NCBI GenBank assembly: GCA_023334545.1 | Contig: JAADVB010000099.1 | Coordinates: 1-60,644, forward strand | From: Salisapilia sapeloensis CBS 127946 | Taxonomy: Eukaryota > Protista > Oomycota | Length of the DNA stretch: 60,644 nt | Direction of reading: 5' to 3' | Shown here: positions 32,650-43,393 of the stretch, in pieces | How the letters are laid out: the number at the start of each line of letters is the position of its first letter | Numbering within the stretch: the first letter of the stretch is position 1 | Made by a program: the position numbers and the translations under genes | The notes under the pieces: generated by a model | Told to the model about the DNA's origin: nothing | Seen by the model: only the letters and a program-made list of their open reading frames with translations | Database searches by the model: none

Positions 32650-33575
32650 TTATAACCACGCGTTCAGTATATTATCTCTCGCCATCCATGAATTGTAGGT
32701 AAAAGCCTTTGGAGCTAAGATGTACAACGGAGGGGACTAGGAGATGATGCAGCTGCCTTTACCCTTCTGCCGATTCATCTTTGCTCGCTTTTGGCGCCCG
32801 GACGGCGTTGAAGGATAAGACTCTTCTAATGCATCCTCATTCTGCTCAGCGATGATCATCGTCTCTCGAAGAGCTTTCGGGTTGTGAACTAGTCCAGGGA
32901 CAGTTGAAAAGTTCGATGCTACACTTGATCGCTCTGCTGCTGAGGAACGACCTGAAATCTGGCTGCTACTTTCATCCGTATCATCACCGGCACCGTGGCT
33001 CGGAGCTTGCAGTCCCATCATGATGTCGATCATACTTGGCCCCACTTGATCCGATCGCAATGTGACTTTACCGTGAACCTCTAACTCCAGCTTTCTCAGC
33101 TGCGAAGCATAGGTGTCAATACATTACTTCAACTATGATGGATGTGTAAACTAACCTGTTCAATGTACGAATTGCGTGGGGCACTCGACGGTCGCTTTTG
33201 GGCAATATACTTGTAGGCGTGCTCTAATGTCGAGTTGTTGGACAGCATAAGGTACGTCAGGCAGACGACAACGCTTTCATTGCTGCCAAATGTACAGCAT
33301 ACGAAGACAGTTTTTCCATCCTCCTTTGCTTGTCGGAGGAGATTATTGGCCTCCGTCACGCTGTCCTTAAAGTTCGCATACGAGAAATCGTCATCCAACT
33401 CGACTCTCTTCGTTTCAATGCCACTTTCCGATGTCGATTCACACTCGTCTTTCCTGCGCGGATTCTCGACATCCAATATGTAGGAGACGTGCAGATGATT
33501 CATCACTTCCTCGTCCCGTGCCTGTGCCACCGAGCCGAGCAGCAGCCAGTCTTCAATAATTCCTGGTACATCCAT
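32650..33575 (-). CDS. Dual-specificity phosphatase-fold protein with degenerate CX5R motif (3 exons)
   Basis: LLLGSVAQARDEE...ILDV, then VFVCCTFGSNESVVVCLTYLM and AYKYIAQKRP...PRNSYIEQ|LRKLE, the typical DSP layout. The last exon reads APKAFTYNSWMARDNILNAWL*. Confidence 0.85.
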
Positions 33576-33825
33576 TCTATTCCATCGCGTCAGTCAAATT
33601 TAAAGTAAATTAAAATATCAAGCTAGAACCTGCTAGCTTCGACCTCGAGTTCGCTATCTAACGAGCTAGCCTGCCGTAGAACCGTGCCAGAGTTGGCATT
33701 TTCGGACGGAAGAGACATTCGCGCTTCCTCGGGCAAATTTTGGTATATGCGGGACAAAAGGATGTGAATTAGTTACACAGCTATTTCTACATTACTGTGA
33801 AGCGTCACAGGATCGTTCGTCCGAC

Positions 33826-34900
33826 ATGAAGCGCGACAGCAGGAGGTTGCATCCGTTGCTACAGCAAGATCTTGAAATCGTCAAGTCCTTGCGTCGATAT
33901 CGGAGGGTAGTCATGTTGCTGAATATATAATGTTGGGTATGTGAGAGATATTGCTTGTGGATAACGGGATGGCATGTAGCAATCGCTATGGATTAACCGC
34001 TTGGTGAAAGCGACAACATCTCCGTATCGTACTCGAAGCATTTCTCTCGTACTATGGTACATTTTCAACCCTTTCAGAATACATGATAGTGACAATAGAT
34101 AAAACATCTTGTAGGATTGCCTTTGGTGCACTCATGATGGACGGTGGCTTTGCATACGTCTGGGCGTGCATTGGAAACCTCGTCGTGACGATCCTGCTAC
34201 AGTACCTCGTTCAAGCTGAGCGACCAGTCGATGCTTCCCGTCGATTACTGGATAAGAACCTTGTCGATCCGGATACCTATGGTTTTCCTTGCATCGATTG
34301 TCACATGACTGTTGTAGTCCTGTCCATTCTCTACGACGACCATGACCACTTCCTGCTCCAAGCCGTCGCTCTTGTCTTTTTGGTCTACATTGGTCTCAAT
34401 AAGCTTATGATCGCAGAGCGGTTTGTATATCAAGTCCTAGGGAGCTGGCTAACTGGTGTCCTGGGTGTACTTGTTGCTCAATACATCGAGAGCATAGTTC
34501 GACGCGCAAAGGTCTCCGCAGCATACAAGTACTACAAAGATTTATCTACACATAACTTTTTTGGAAATAATTTTAGTATGCCAATTGTAGCACAGAAGCA
34601 CTGTTGCTAACCATCTTTATATGCATGGGGGTCCTTGGCATATACATGGAAAACAACCAAAGTCGTGTCATTGGCGTCCCGAGGGAAGACTTTACACGAG
34701 TGCTGGACAATATCATGAGCTCCAAACCGCCTTCGGATGCCAAACTAGTTCAAAGTCGCGACTCAGAGGCTTCTGATCCGACAAGCAAGAAGGAACGGTT
34801 GAACACCGAGTCGGACACGATCGATGAGACTGCTCCAAAAGACTCGTTCTACTACTTGATGCGAACGATGCAACGCCGTCGACAGAGGCTAATAAACTGA
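33826..34900 (+). CDS. PAP2/haloperoxidase-like multi-pass membrane protein with degenerate catalytic motifs, multi-exon
   Basis: QYLVQAERP, YGFPCIDCH and NKLMIAERFVYQVLGSWLTG occupy the positions of PAP2 C1, C2 and C3 between TM helices. Confidence 0.6.
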
Positions 34901-34925
34901 AGAGAAATGATCAATTCTATTGCAT

Positions 34926-37235
34926 CTATACTTTGTCAATGAAATTCGCCTGCAGCTCCGCTCGTCGGTCTTTCGAAAGACGCGGGAAGAGGATCTCTCC
35001 AATCCACACATTGAAAGATGCAGTCGTATCCGTCGTCAGCTGGACGACTGCTGGTCCTTTCGGAACGTCCACGAGCTCCTTTTGACACGTATCAGATAGA
35101 GACGTGAACGACAAGTGCTCTTTTGTCTTGAGCACCAGCTCAAAGTCCTCAGCATTTAGTCGTAGGACTCGACAGCTAAAGTAGCCGTCAATGAAGCCGA
35201 GCGCTTCTTCCACCGGGCGGTAGAAAGAGGTGCCGTGGTCGGTGATTTTGGAGAAGACACGCAGTCCAGTGTTGACGATATCCAGTGCGTCTCCAGCCAA
35301 GCAAGCCTGCTCAATCTCAGCATCTACGTAGTTGATACTGGCCGCTCCATCAGATCGACACCACAGACGTTCCTATCATTTATAAGTTTCTTTTTCATGA
35401 TAAGCTCCAACTAGTGATACGTACTTTGAGAGACATGTCGGATAGACCGTAGTAGTCCTTGATTTCGTTCCAAATGTTGTCACTTATCCGCCTGTAAAGT
35501 GTTTCTCTCTTGCCACCCTTCTTCTTCCCTTCCACCTTCTGTCGCTTTGGCTGTCGGTATTCGTCATCCGGAACATAGTTTTCACATTGCTTCATCAAAT
35601 GTCCACTCTTGCCACACAGCTTACAAACGTAGTCCTCTGGCACATCAATCGACATGTCCTCTTCCAACGCACCCAATCCTTCTTGGTTGGCACCTGGCAA
35701 GTTACGCACCTTTTTCAAAACAGCAATGAAGAAGCCACCGGTGTTTTGATCGATCGGTACGAGACGCATGGATTTCTCCACTTGCTTTTGAATCCAACCT
35801 TCTTTCGACGGAAACATGGATCGTAGCAGTCGATTGCCCTTGAGCTCCGAAGGAACTGAATCGTAGTCCTGGAACCACTCATGATACATCTCGCTCACTT
35901 CCGCATTCGCAGCCGCAGTAGAGAACTCGTGTCCCTTTTTAGACGATTTCGACTTGGATCGCCATCCAACAGGCCACATTGTTCTTCCTGGTCTTGTCAC
36001 GAGACGAGGAAGCTGGTCTTTGACATCGACCACTTCCATTGCCCCATCACACCTTCGGAGTAGCTCGGATAGCACTGCCTCATCTTCTACAGGACTCATC
36101 GAACATGTCGAATACACCATCAGTCCGTCGATCTTGAGCAACGAGGCAGAGCGAAGAGCAAGAGATAGCTGCGTTTGATGCAACGTTAGTCCTTGGCCAA
36201 TGTGCCAGTCACGCCAGAGTCTGGCATCTTTACGAACTGTGCCATCACCACTGCATGGGACGTCACAGAGCACACGATCGAGAACATTATTCGCCTCTAG
36301 TTGATTATTCACATATAGTCCAGGAAACTGATCGCCAGGACCACACGTAACAACAGCACGACGTAAAGTGTTTCGTGTTAGACGATGGACGAGCATGTAC
36401 GCACGCTTCCGATCGAGGTCATTGGCGATGACGAGACCGTTCTTGGCGGAGGACGCGTCTGTCGTTAAGAAATCTAAAATCTGCGTGGTCTTGGAACCAG
36501 GAGACGCACACATATCCAACACAGCATGCGTGGGTTGGACGTTGAGGAAAAGCACTGGCAGCATGCTGACCGCTTCCTGTCGATCGATCGTCCCAAGCTC
36601 CGTTTGCTTCAGCAAGAACGAGTGGAAGCGCTTTACGTCCGGGAATTTGGGTGCTGCCGTATGTATATAATAAGCTTTAATACTATTATATGAACCTTTG
36701 CGAAGGAGTGGTTGTACCGCTTTTGGAGAGGGCAGATCGGCCACATGATAGTTCCCATGCTACCTTGGACTGAGGATACCATGCAATTTCGCTGCATTAC
36801 AAAAAGTTAGTACAATAAAAAAGAACTGGCAGGTGTTAAATTATACGTTGGAGGATTTATGCTGATGTCATTGTGACTGTAGGTATCCGCGTCGAACTGC
36901 AGATCGGATGCCACCGCTTCCATCGCCCTATTATAGACAAAACTTAATGTTGTTGGTACCTCGTCTACATTGCCTATGCCATACTGTTTCGATTCAGATC
37001 GATGGAGGTTAAAACGGAAGGAAATGGGCAGCGGTTCATGCAATGTTGTCATGAGCTGCTCAAGCTCCGACTCGTTGTCCACGACTTTGGTCTCTTTCTA
37101 CCATATATTATTGCGCTTGCATAAGCAATTATCTCTCATCAAATATGCAATAGAAGCATGTACCAAGTACTCTCGGAAACTTTGCTTAAAGGCTTCCAAC
37201 GTCGGCTTCGTACTGCTCTCGCCTTCCCCACTCAT
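34926..37235 (-). CDS. NSUN2: RNA (cytosine-5)-methyltransferase, NSUN2/Trm4-like, with a CCHC knuckle; multi-exon
   Basis: RQEAVSMLP, VLDMCASPGSKT, ANDLD, DRVLCDVPCSGDG and YSTCSMSPVEDEAV (both catalytic Cys present). First exon MSGEGESS...REYL| is joined to KETKVVDNE. Confidence 0.9.
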
Positions 37236-37361
37236 TTTGGTATTTCGTGTCGTAATTTCTTGTCAGTTCAAAATACAAGAACACATACTTTATGCAAGTC
37301 CACATGTGTAGCCATCTCAGGTTTATTGCACCACGACATTTTCTTTATTCAACTTGGCAGC

Positions 37362-39050
37362 ATGCAGGTGGCAGCTCCTCGACGCGTCGTTGGCGTGGTC
37401 TCCACTCCTGACGAATCCTACGCGCCTCCAGAAGCTCCACATTGGCGAGATACCTTACCAGCTGCCTTCTTATCTTCCTCTCGACAGATAAAGCTCCATA
37501 GCTACGACCCTGTCGACCAAGACGGGTATCGAGAAACCAAGATCGGCGGCCATGCTCTCGATCATGTGCCTTTCGTAGACCGAGGACTGCCTTCCCGACC
37601 ACTCATGGGATACTCTGTCTCTCCAACCTTGCAGAAGCCCTCTCAAACTCCTTCCCACCCTAGTTCCGTGTCATCGCTGATGCCTGTCGCTCTTCTATGT
37701 CCAACGTTGCAACCTGCATGTAGCCACTGCACATCTGTGCAAGAAACGACTGCCAAGATCCAATTGTGCTGTGGTCATAAAGTCTGTGGCTCTTGCCTTG
37801 AAAGTGGCCGTGCAGCTCTCGTCGAACTCCAAGACACCCACTATGTAGACTGCAGTCCATGCCACTCTCTCGTCAAAGTAGACACTATCTCCGTCCATTC
37901 GAACACATTTCCTCTCTATGGCCGTAACAGCAACCATCTTTCTTCTTTAAACATGCCGAGTAAAATGCAGTGGGGTCTTTCCGGTGGTCTCGTCGCACTT
38001 CTCTCCTTTGCTGCTGGTAGATACATCTCCGCCCGTCGCATCGTCCAGCACCAAGCTCTACTCCAGTCTCCACCAACTACTAGTAATCTATCAGACCTTA
38101 AAGATTGTGAATTAAGCAGTGTAGAGCGATGGAGCGCTCGTCTTGATTTCGCTCAGGCAAACTCTCGACTGCATCAGTACCATTTCCTTCGGTCTTTGGG
38201 TAAAGGTCAGTCGGGGGAAGTGATGCTGGTCAGGACGAAGAAAACAGAAAAGGTTCGTGTCATTAAGGAAAGTGACAAAGTCGTAGAAGCGATAAATGAA
38301 TGTCGACTCTTGGCCAAAGTCGACAGCCCACATGTCGTCCGTTTGTACCATTATTTTATCGAGACCATGGGCATGCACCACCTTGCCTACATTGAACTCG
38401 AGTACTGTGCGGGTGGGGACCTCCAGACACACCTCCAATCCAAGGTACATGCTACCAAGTAAGCTATAAGAGGCAGGAAAGTAATTATTTGTTTTGTCTG
38501 TAGGGCAAAATGGACGCTACGACCTTCCAAGAGGCTTTGTATCAACTGTGCATGGGACTGCAAGCTCTCCATGACCTCGGTATCATCCATCGTGACCTCA
38601 AACCTGCCAACATCCTCCTATCCGTACGTGCTGTTCCTAGATATCAAAATATCAACAATCTCATGTGCATTGTAGGCGAATGGAGATGTGAAGATTGCCG
38701 ATTTGGATGTCTCCACCTCCCTCGACAGTACATTGATGACACGACACGCTGCTGGGACGCTCAGTTTCATGGCACCTGAAGTCCGCAAGTACCTTTTCGG
38801 CGACCCGGTCGAGTACGATGCCAAAGCAGACGTCTGGTCACTTGGTGCGTTAGTTGTAGCCATGCTTCTCGGTCAAGTGGAGCCGAAAGTAGCAACACGA
38901 CCGGTCTCTGACGTAGTGGTCCAACTGGCAGAAGCAAATGTCCAGCAGGAGCATATAGATCTAGTTGAAAAGATGCTTCAGGCAGATCCGACGGAGAGAC
39001 CGAGTGTGCACGAATTGATCCAGATGCTACCAATTCAAGCTCGTCTTTAG
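37362..39050 (+). CDS. Protein kinase (NEK-like) preceded by a RING-type zinc finger and a hydrophobic helix (3 exons)
   Basis: RING-like CSHC...CGHKVCGSC...CSPC. TM-like [15 protein letters not shown]. Kinase motifs [34 protein letters not shown] and DVWSLG. Confidence 0.85.
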
Positions 39051-39340
39051 CGACGATGTATGCTTGCCAACAAGTAGCTATGCTCTACTCGCTAAAGTCT
39101 TTAGTACATGTATCTGCTACGTGTAGTCTCCTTGGACTGTACAAAGAAAGCCAACCAGTCTTATCTAGAGAAATCATGTTTCTTCACAAGGCAAACACTT
39201 ATGGTGAAGGCAGTCGGGTGGATCCACAAAGCAAGTCTGCCGCATACAGTTTCGGTCTATTCATTCCTGGCGATAGGACTAGTGTCTACTGGATGTGGAT
39301 GTAGGAAGATGGAGGCATGGAAATAAGATCACAAACGACC

Positions 39341-39942
39341 TTAGAGTTTCTGCTTCTTTTCAATTGGCTCTTCGACGCCGGTGCTTCCGAAACCGCCGGC
39401 ACCCCGAGTCGTGTCATCTAGTTCCTGCACTTCCTCTAGCACAGGGTATGCTATCTTCTCCATAATCAATTGAGCAATCCGATCGCCCGGTTTCACTACC
39501 ACGACAAGATTAGCCATAAATATAGGGAGAAATGGGGCAATAGAATACCTTCAAAGTCCTCGTCGCTGTGGTTGAACAGGACGATGCCGAGCGGTCCACG
39601 GTAATCGGCGTCAATCACACCGGCACCAGTGTCAATGGACTTTTTAGCGGCGAGTCCAGATCGAGGAGCGACGCGACCGTAGCAACCTTCCGGGACGGCA
39701 ATGGACAGATCCGTCTTAATAATGGCTTTGCCTCGTGCAGGAACGCTCGTGGCTTCGGCGCTGGCAATGTCATAGCCTGCTGATAGCTCGGAGCCTTTCA
39801 CAGGCATCACGGCGTTTTCGCTGAGACGCTTCACTTGTAGGACTGGAGCTTTGGTACTAGCCATCGTTCGAAATGAAATTGTGGGAATCGAGCGCTTGGA
39901 CAGCAGAGATGAGTGAATGGCAAATGCAGCTTTTCGCGCCAT
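39341..39942 (-). CDS. DUT: Trimeric dUTPase (2 exons), with two possible in-frame ATG starts (39942 and 39864)
   Basis: All five motifs: [32 protein letters not shown] and [10 protein letters not shown]. The second exon ends [10 protein letters not shown]. Confidence 0.96.
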
Positions 39943-40101
39943 GATTGAGCATTTGGATGCTAGATGGAGAACACTTTGATTGGTCAAAAATGTTGTTTCG
40001 GTCTTTTCAGCACGGACAGACGTGCGCCAAGGTGGCGAAGGTGAAACGTACAGCTCTGCAGGGCACCAATATAAACAGAACGCTGATGTGTAGCAAAATA
40101 T

Positions 40102-40106
40102 AAAAA
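40102..40106 (-). terminator. Pol III oligo-T terminator of the tRNA gene
   Basis: TTTTT on the minus strand 2 nt after the tRNA 3' end. Confidence 0.75.
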
Positions 40107-40108
40107 GA

Positions 40109-40181
40109 CGACCCCGATGGGACTCGAACCCACAACCCCCTGATTAGAAGTCAGATGCGCTATCCATTGCGCCACGAGGTC
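40109..40181 (-). tRNA. tRNA-Arg(UCU), intronless
   Basis: GACCTCG/CGGGGTC acceptor stem, D arm GTGGCGCAATGGATAGCGC, anticodon loop CT-TCT-AA and T arm GGTTCGAGTCC. Confidence 0.97.
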
Positions 40182-40339
40182 ACAGTACTCCACATATATA
40201 AATTTGCAATATATAAAGTATAAGTTGTAGCTTTGACAGATGGAAACTTGGACATAGGTAGAGATACGAATAAAAATGTGTTGATCAAGCGTTCGTTGTC
40301 TTTGTACAATCACTCACTTTCCGTACTAGTTCACCATCG

Positions 40340-40760
40340 AGTAGGCTTATATGTCACTAGTCTAGTTGCATTGAAAAGCATTCAACTTTGCCCAAACTCG
40401 ATAGACATTGAGTGGAAGCCCGCGAATATGCATGGGACCAAGTTACCACGGACTTGCGAAAGGACAATACCTGATCTGCCCTCGGAGAAAAGTTCGTCTA
40501 AAATCATACACTTGGTGCACATAGGCATGAACTTGCATACTATATTAAACACTACTGCACGAAATGAATCTGACCTACTTTGCATGGCCGAAAGTAAAGT
40601 ACTCGAATGTCCTTATTTCTTCGCAGTGTACTTGGTGCCAGAACCCATAGACTATGGGAAGCTAAAGATAAACACATACATTTTACCTGGAATTGATGCA
40701 CTGGGGTCGATACCCCATCGACGACTGTAGCTATCCATCTGATCAATTGTTTCCACCATG
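40340..40760 (-). CDS. Possible small multi-exon gene of unknown function
   Basis: MVETIDQMDSYSRRWGIDPSASIP|VYGFWHQVHCEEIRTFEYFTFGHA|NMQVHAYVHQVYDFRRTF can be read across two GT-AG introns of only 35 and 39 nt. The end is not resolved. Confidence 0.2.
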
Positions 40761-41099
40761 CAGCTTCGTTGACACACGCGAGAATTAAAGAGTTATCAAT
40801 ACATGATACTAAAGATAGAGTGATCATGCGTCAATTGTATGCATCAATACGTTATTTGTTTGCATAGTATGAAGAGTTGATGCTGCATCACTCAGACCAT
40901 GCCATGCTTGCATTTGCCAGCTTGCAATGATGTTCTATCTACTCGATCTCCTCCAACACAATAGCACCAAACAACTAATTTCATACTACATCTTCATGCA
41001 TCCATCTTATAACCCCCTTAATCCAGAATCCTCATGCTCCTACATTCCACCACACTTATCAAGAGCAAACAGGAGAAAGACACGTGGAGAAAGTATATT

Positions 41100-43122
41100 T
41101 TACGACGCGAACTTTACGCGCACGTCCTCTTCTGAAAGTAATCCTAGCAGGAGTCGGTCCACGTCTCCTGTGAACGCGCGTCGTTCCCATGCTTCCACGT
41201 CAAAGTAGAGATATTGATTTTCCTGCACGTCTCCACCGACGGACATATTTCCAGCAAGTGCCTGCCCGATCGCGCCCACACCTCCAGTCGGACTACCGTT
41301 TCCGTTCTGTCCTACCTCTTTTTGCACACTCGATGCCAACAGTGCAGCGTCAGCAGGCGTCGCTCGTTTTACCCAGATCTTGGACTCGCCATGGTACCTC
41401 CACTCACGACTGTACAGCTCTTGGGCTGCACATGCCTGGAGCACATCCTTGGGAAGGATGTAAAAGATGTACAAGAGTGTTTCGAGGTGGAATTTAGCCA
41501 AATGTGTCGTCTTCAATTGCGGTGGTTGATTCGCGTAACATGCTGGCAGGACGAACTGTGGTGTTTTGGACACGGGCGTCGACGAGAACGGAGATGAGAA
41601 CGTTGCGTACAACGGTTCGGTCGAGTTCAGATTCAGACCGAGTGCGGTCAAGTCTGTTCCCAACGACAAGCTATTCTTCGTCTCTTCCTTCTCCCTCACA
41701 ACTGTGTTTAGCATACCCAAGAGACCAAACCGAGCCTCTTCCTCCGCCTGCTCCTCCGGACTCTGCTCACTCTTCACTGGCGTATCTGCACGTTCCTCTT
41801 GCGTCCCATTGGACGTCAAGAAAGGAGCGTCCTGGTCGTTCTGCTGAGCTCTGGAGATCAAGTTGGGCGTCGGCGATGAAGCGGATTTACCAGGCGTCGA
41901 TCTGTTATCTGTGACGGAAGCAAAGGACGAGAGAGCTGGAAAGTCTTCTTTTTGGATGACAAACTCCGAAGACGGAGACGCTCGTAACCTTGCTGCTGAC
42001 TCGGATAGATTTTCCGCATCCAATGCAGCCATTCTATTGAACGAGTTAGTCTCTATCGTCTGCAAGAGATGCATGACGATCGTACCTGGCGCCAAGAGCT
42101 GGGAATTCAGATAAATCCGGAGGTTTCGTCTCACTCTGCGCAGGCTTGCCTACAACTTGTGAGATGACAAGGATATAAATAGCGACGGAGAGAACATACT
42201 TTTCACGGCCGACACAACTGGATCCGTCGTCTGCACACGATAGCTCTCTGGTGTGAGTGGCGCCGGTGCCGTTGGAGGCGTCCTGGTTGCAGAAGACGGC
42301 AGGAACTACCGTCAAATTTATTTAATACGGCTACTGTATAAGATTCGCTTGGTACACGTACGGATCCACTAGGTACGGGAGGTATCATGCTATTGCCGTT
42401 CAAGCCGGAGAATACGTTCTGGGGTGGAGCGCCTGTCATGTATCATTCATTCGTACGTGAGCTCATGATGTCACCGTATTCAAGCTGAGTAGGAAGCGTA
42501 CCTATGTTCTGTAAACCAGCACTAGCGTTGCTGGAAAGGTCGTTTGCGATGCCGTTGCCCATTGCCTGAGACGAGTTGTATGCAAAAGCGCCTCCAGTTT
42601 GACCAAGCACACCGGCGTACGGTCTGCTACCAATGATGGGTGGTGTTCCAGGCAAAGCTTGTTGGCCAGGTAGTTCGTCTCGATGGTAGTAGTATTGACT
42701 AGCGTCGAAATCCTCCTGTCAATAGACGTATTAGTTGACAAAGACTATGGTTGATACACTATTTATACGATGACATGCATGCGGATACTATTTCATGGAT
42801 TTAACAGTGCATATCCATTTGAAATAGTGTAGCAATGAAGCTGACGATGTGACAGAATCATCGTATCTGACAAGCAAAACGGTCTGCGCTTGGGCTCAAG
42901 GTGCATGAGATCAGCATACGAGCCCAAGACAAGCATGACCATACTCCTACGTATACAGCATGAGCAGAGGCAACTGACGAACGGACATGAACATGATGAC
43001 AGTCCAGTCGAAGTCGTCTGCATTTCGCCTTGAGACTATTGGAGGAGGAAAAGTACCTTGTCCTCTGCCGTCTGGATGTTGTCCTTGAAGTAGGCAAATT
43101 TATCCTTGGAAGGGTCAATCAT
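41100..43122 (-). CDS. CNOT2: CCR4-NOT subunit NOT2 (CNOT2-like), multi-exon; start uncertain
   Basis: NOT2/3/5 box: GLLGML, LGTDLTALGLNLNS.EPLY.TFSSPF, FHLETLLYIFY, AAQELYSREWRYH and YFDVEAWER. N-terminal QKEDFPAL motif and low-complexity exons. Confidence 0.9.
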
Positions 43123-43393
43123 GCTCTTTTGTATCACACGTCCGGTGCAACGTACGAGGCGAGGGAGGCTGCGACCGCTCTACGACCTCGAGTCGATATT
43201 CGTGTTGTTATTTGGCATGCTGCCATGATTCGCACTTGATCGCGTCGCCTTCTCTACAAATTGCCCTTCGTCTTACAAAACTGCCTCTTTTATGTAGGGT
43301 TTTCTTGTCTATCGTCTCGGTAAGATATGTGGATTAGAGGTGATACTTTAAGCAAGACACCCCTGGACAAAAGCGATACAAAACGGTCCGAGG

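Noticed and set aside
37158-37361. Longer N-terminus of the kinase ORF from ATG 37158
   Set aside because: It would overlap the first exon and intron of the NSUN2-like gene on the other strand. ATG 37362 is more parsimonious.
39341-39352. C-terminal QKL of dUTPase as a peroxisomal PTS1
   Set aside because: Non-canonical tripeptide. The basic context fits an NLS better.
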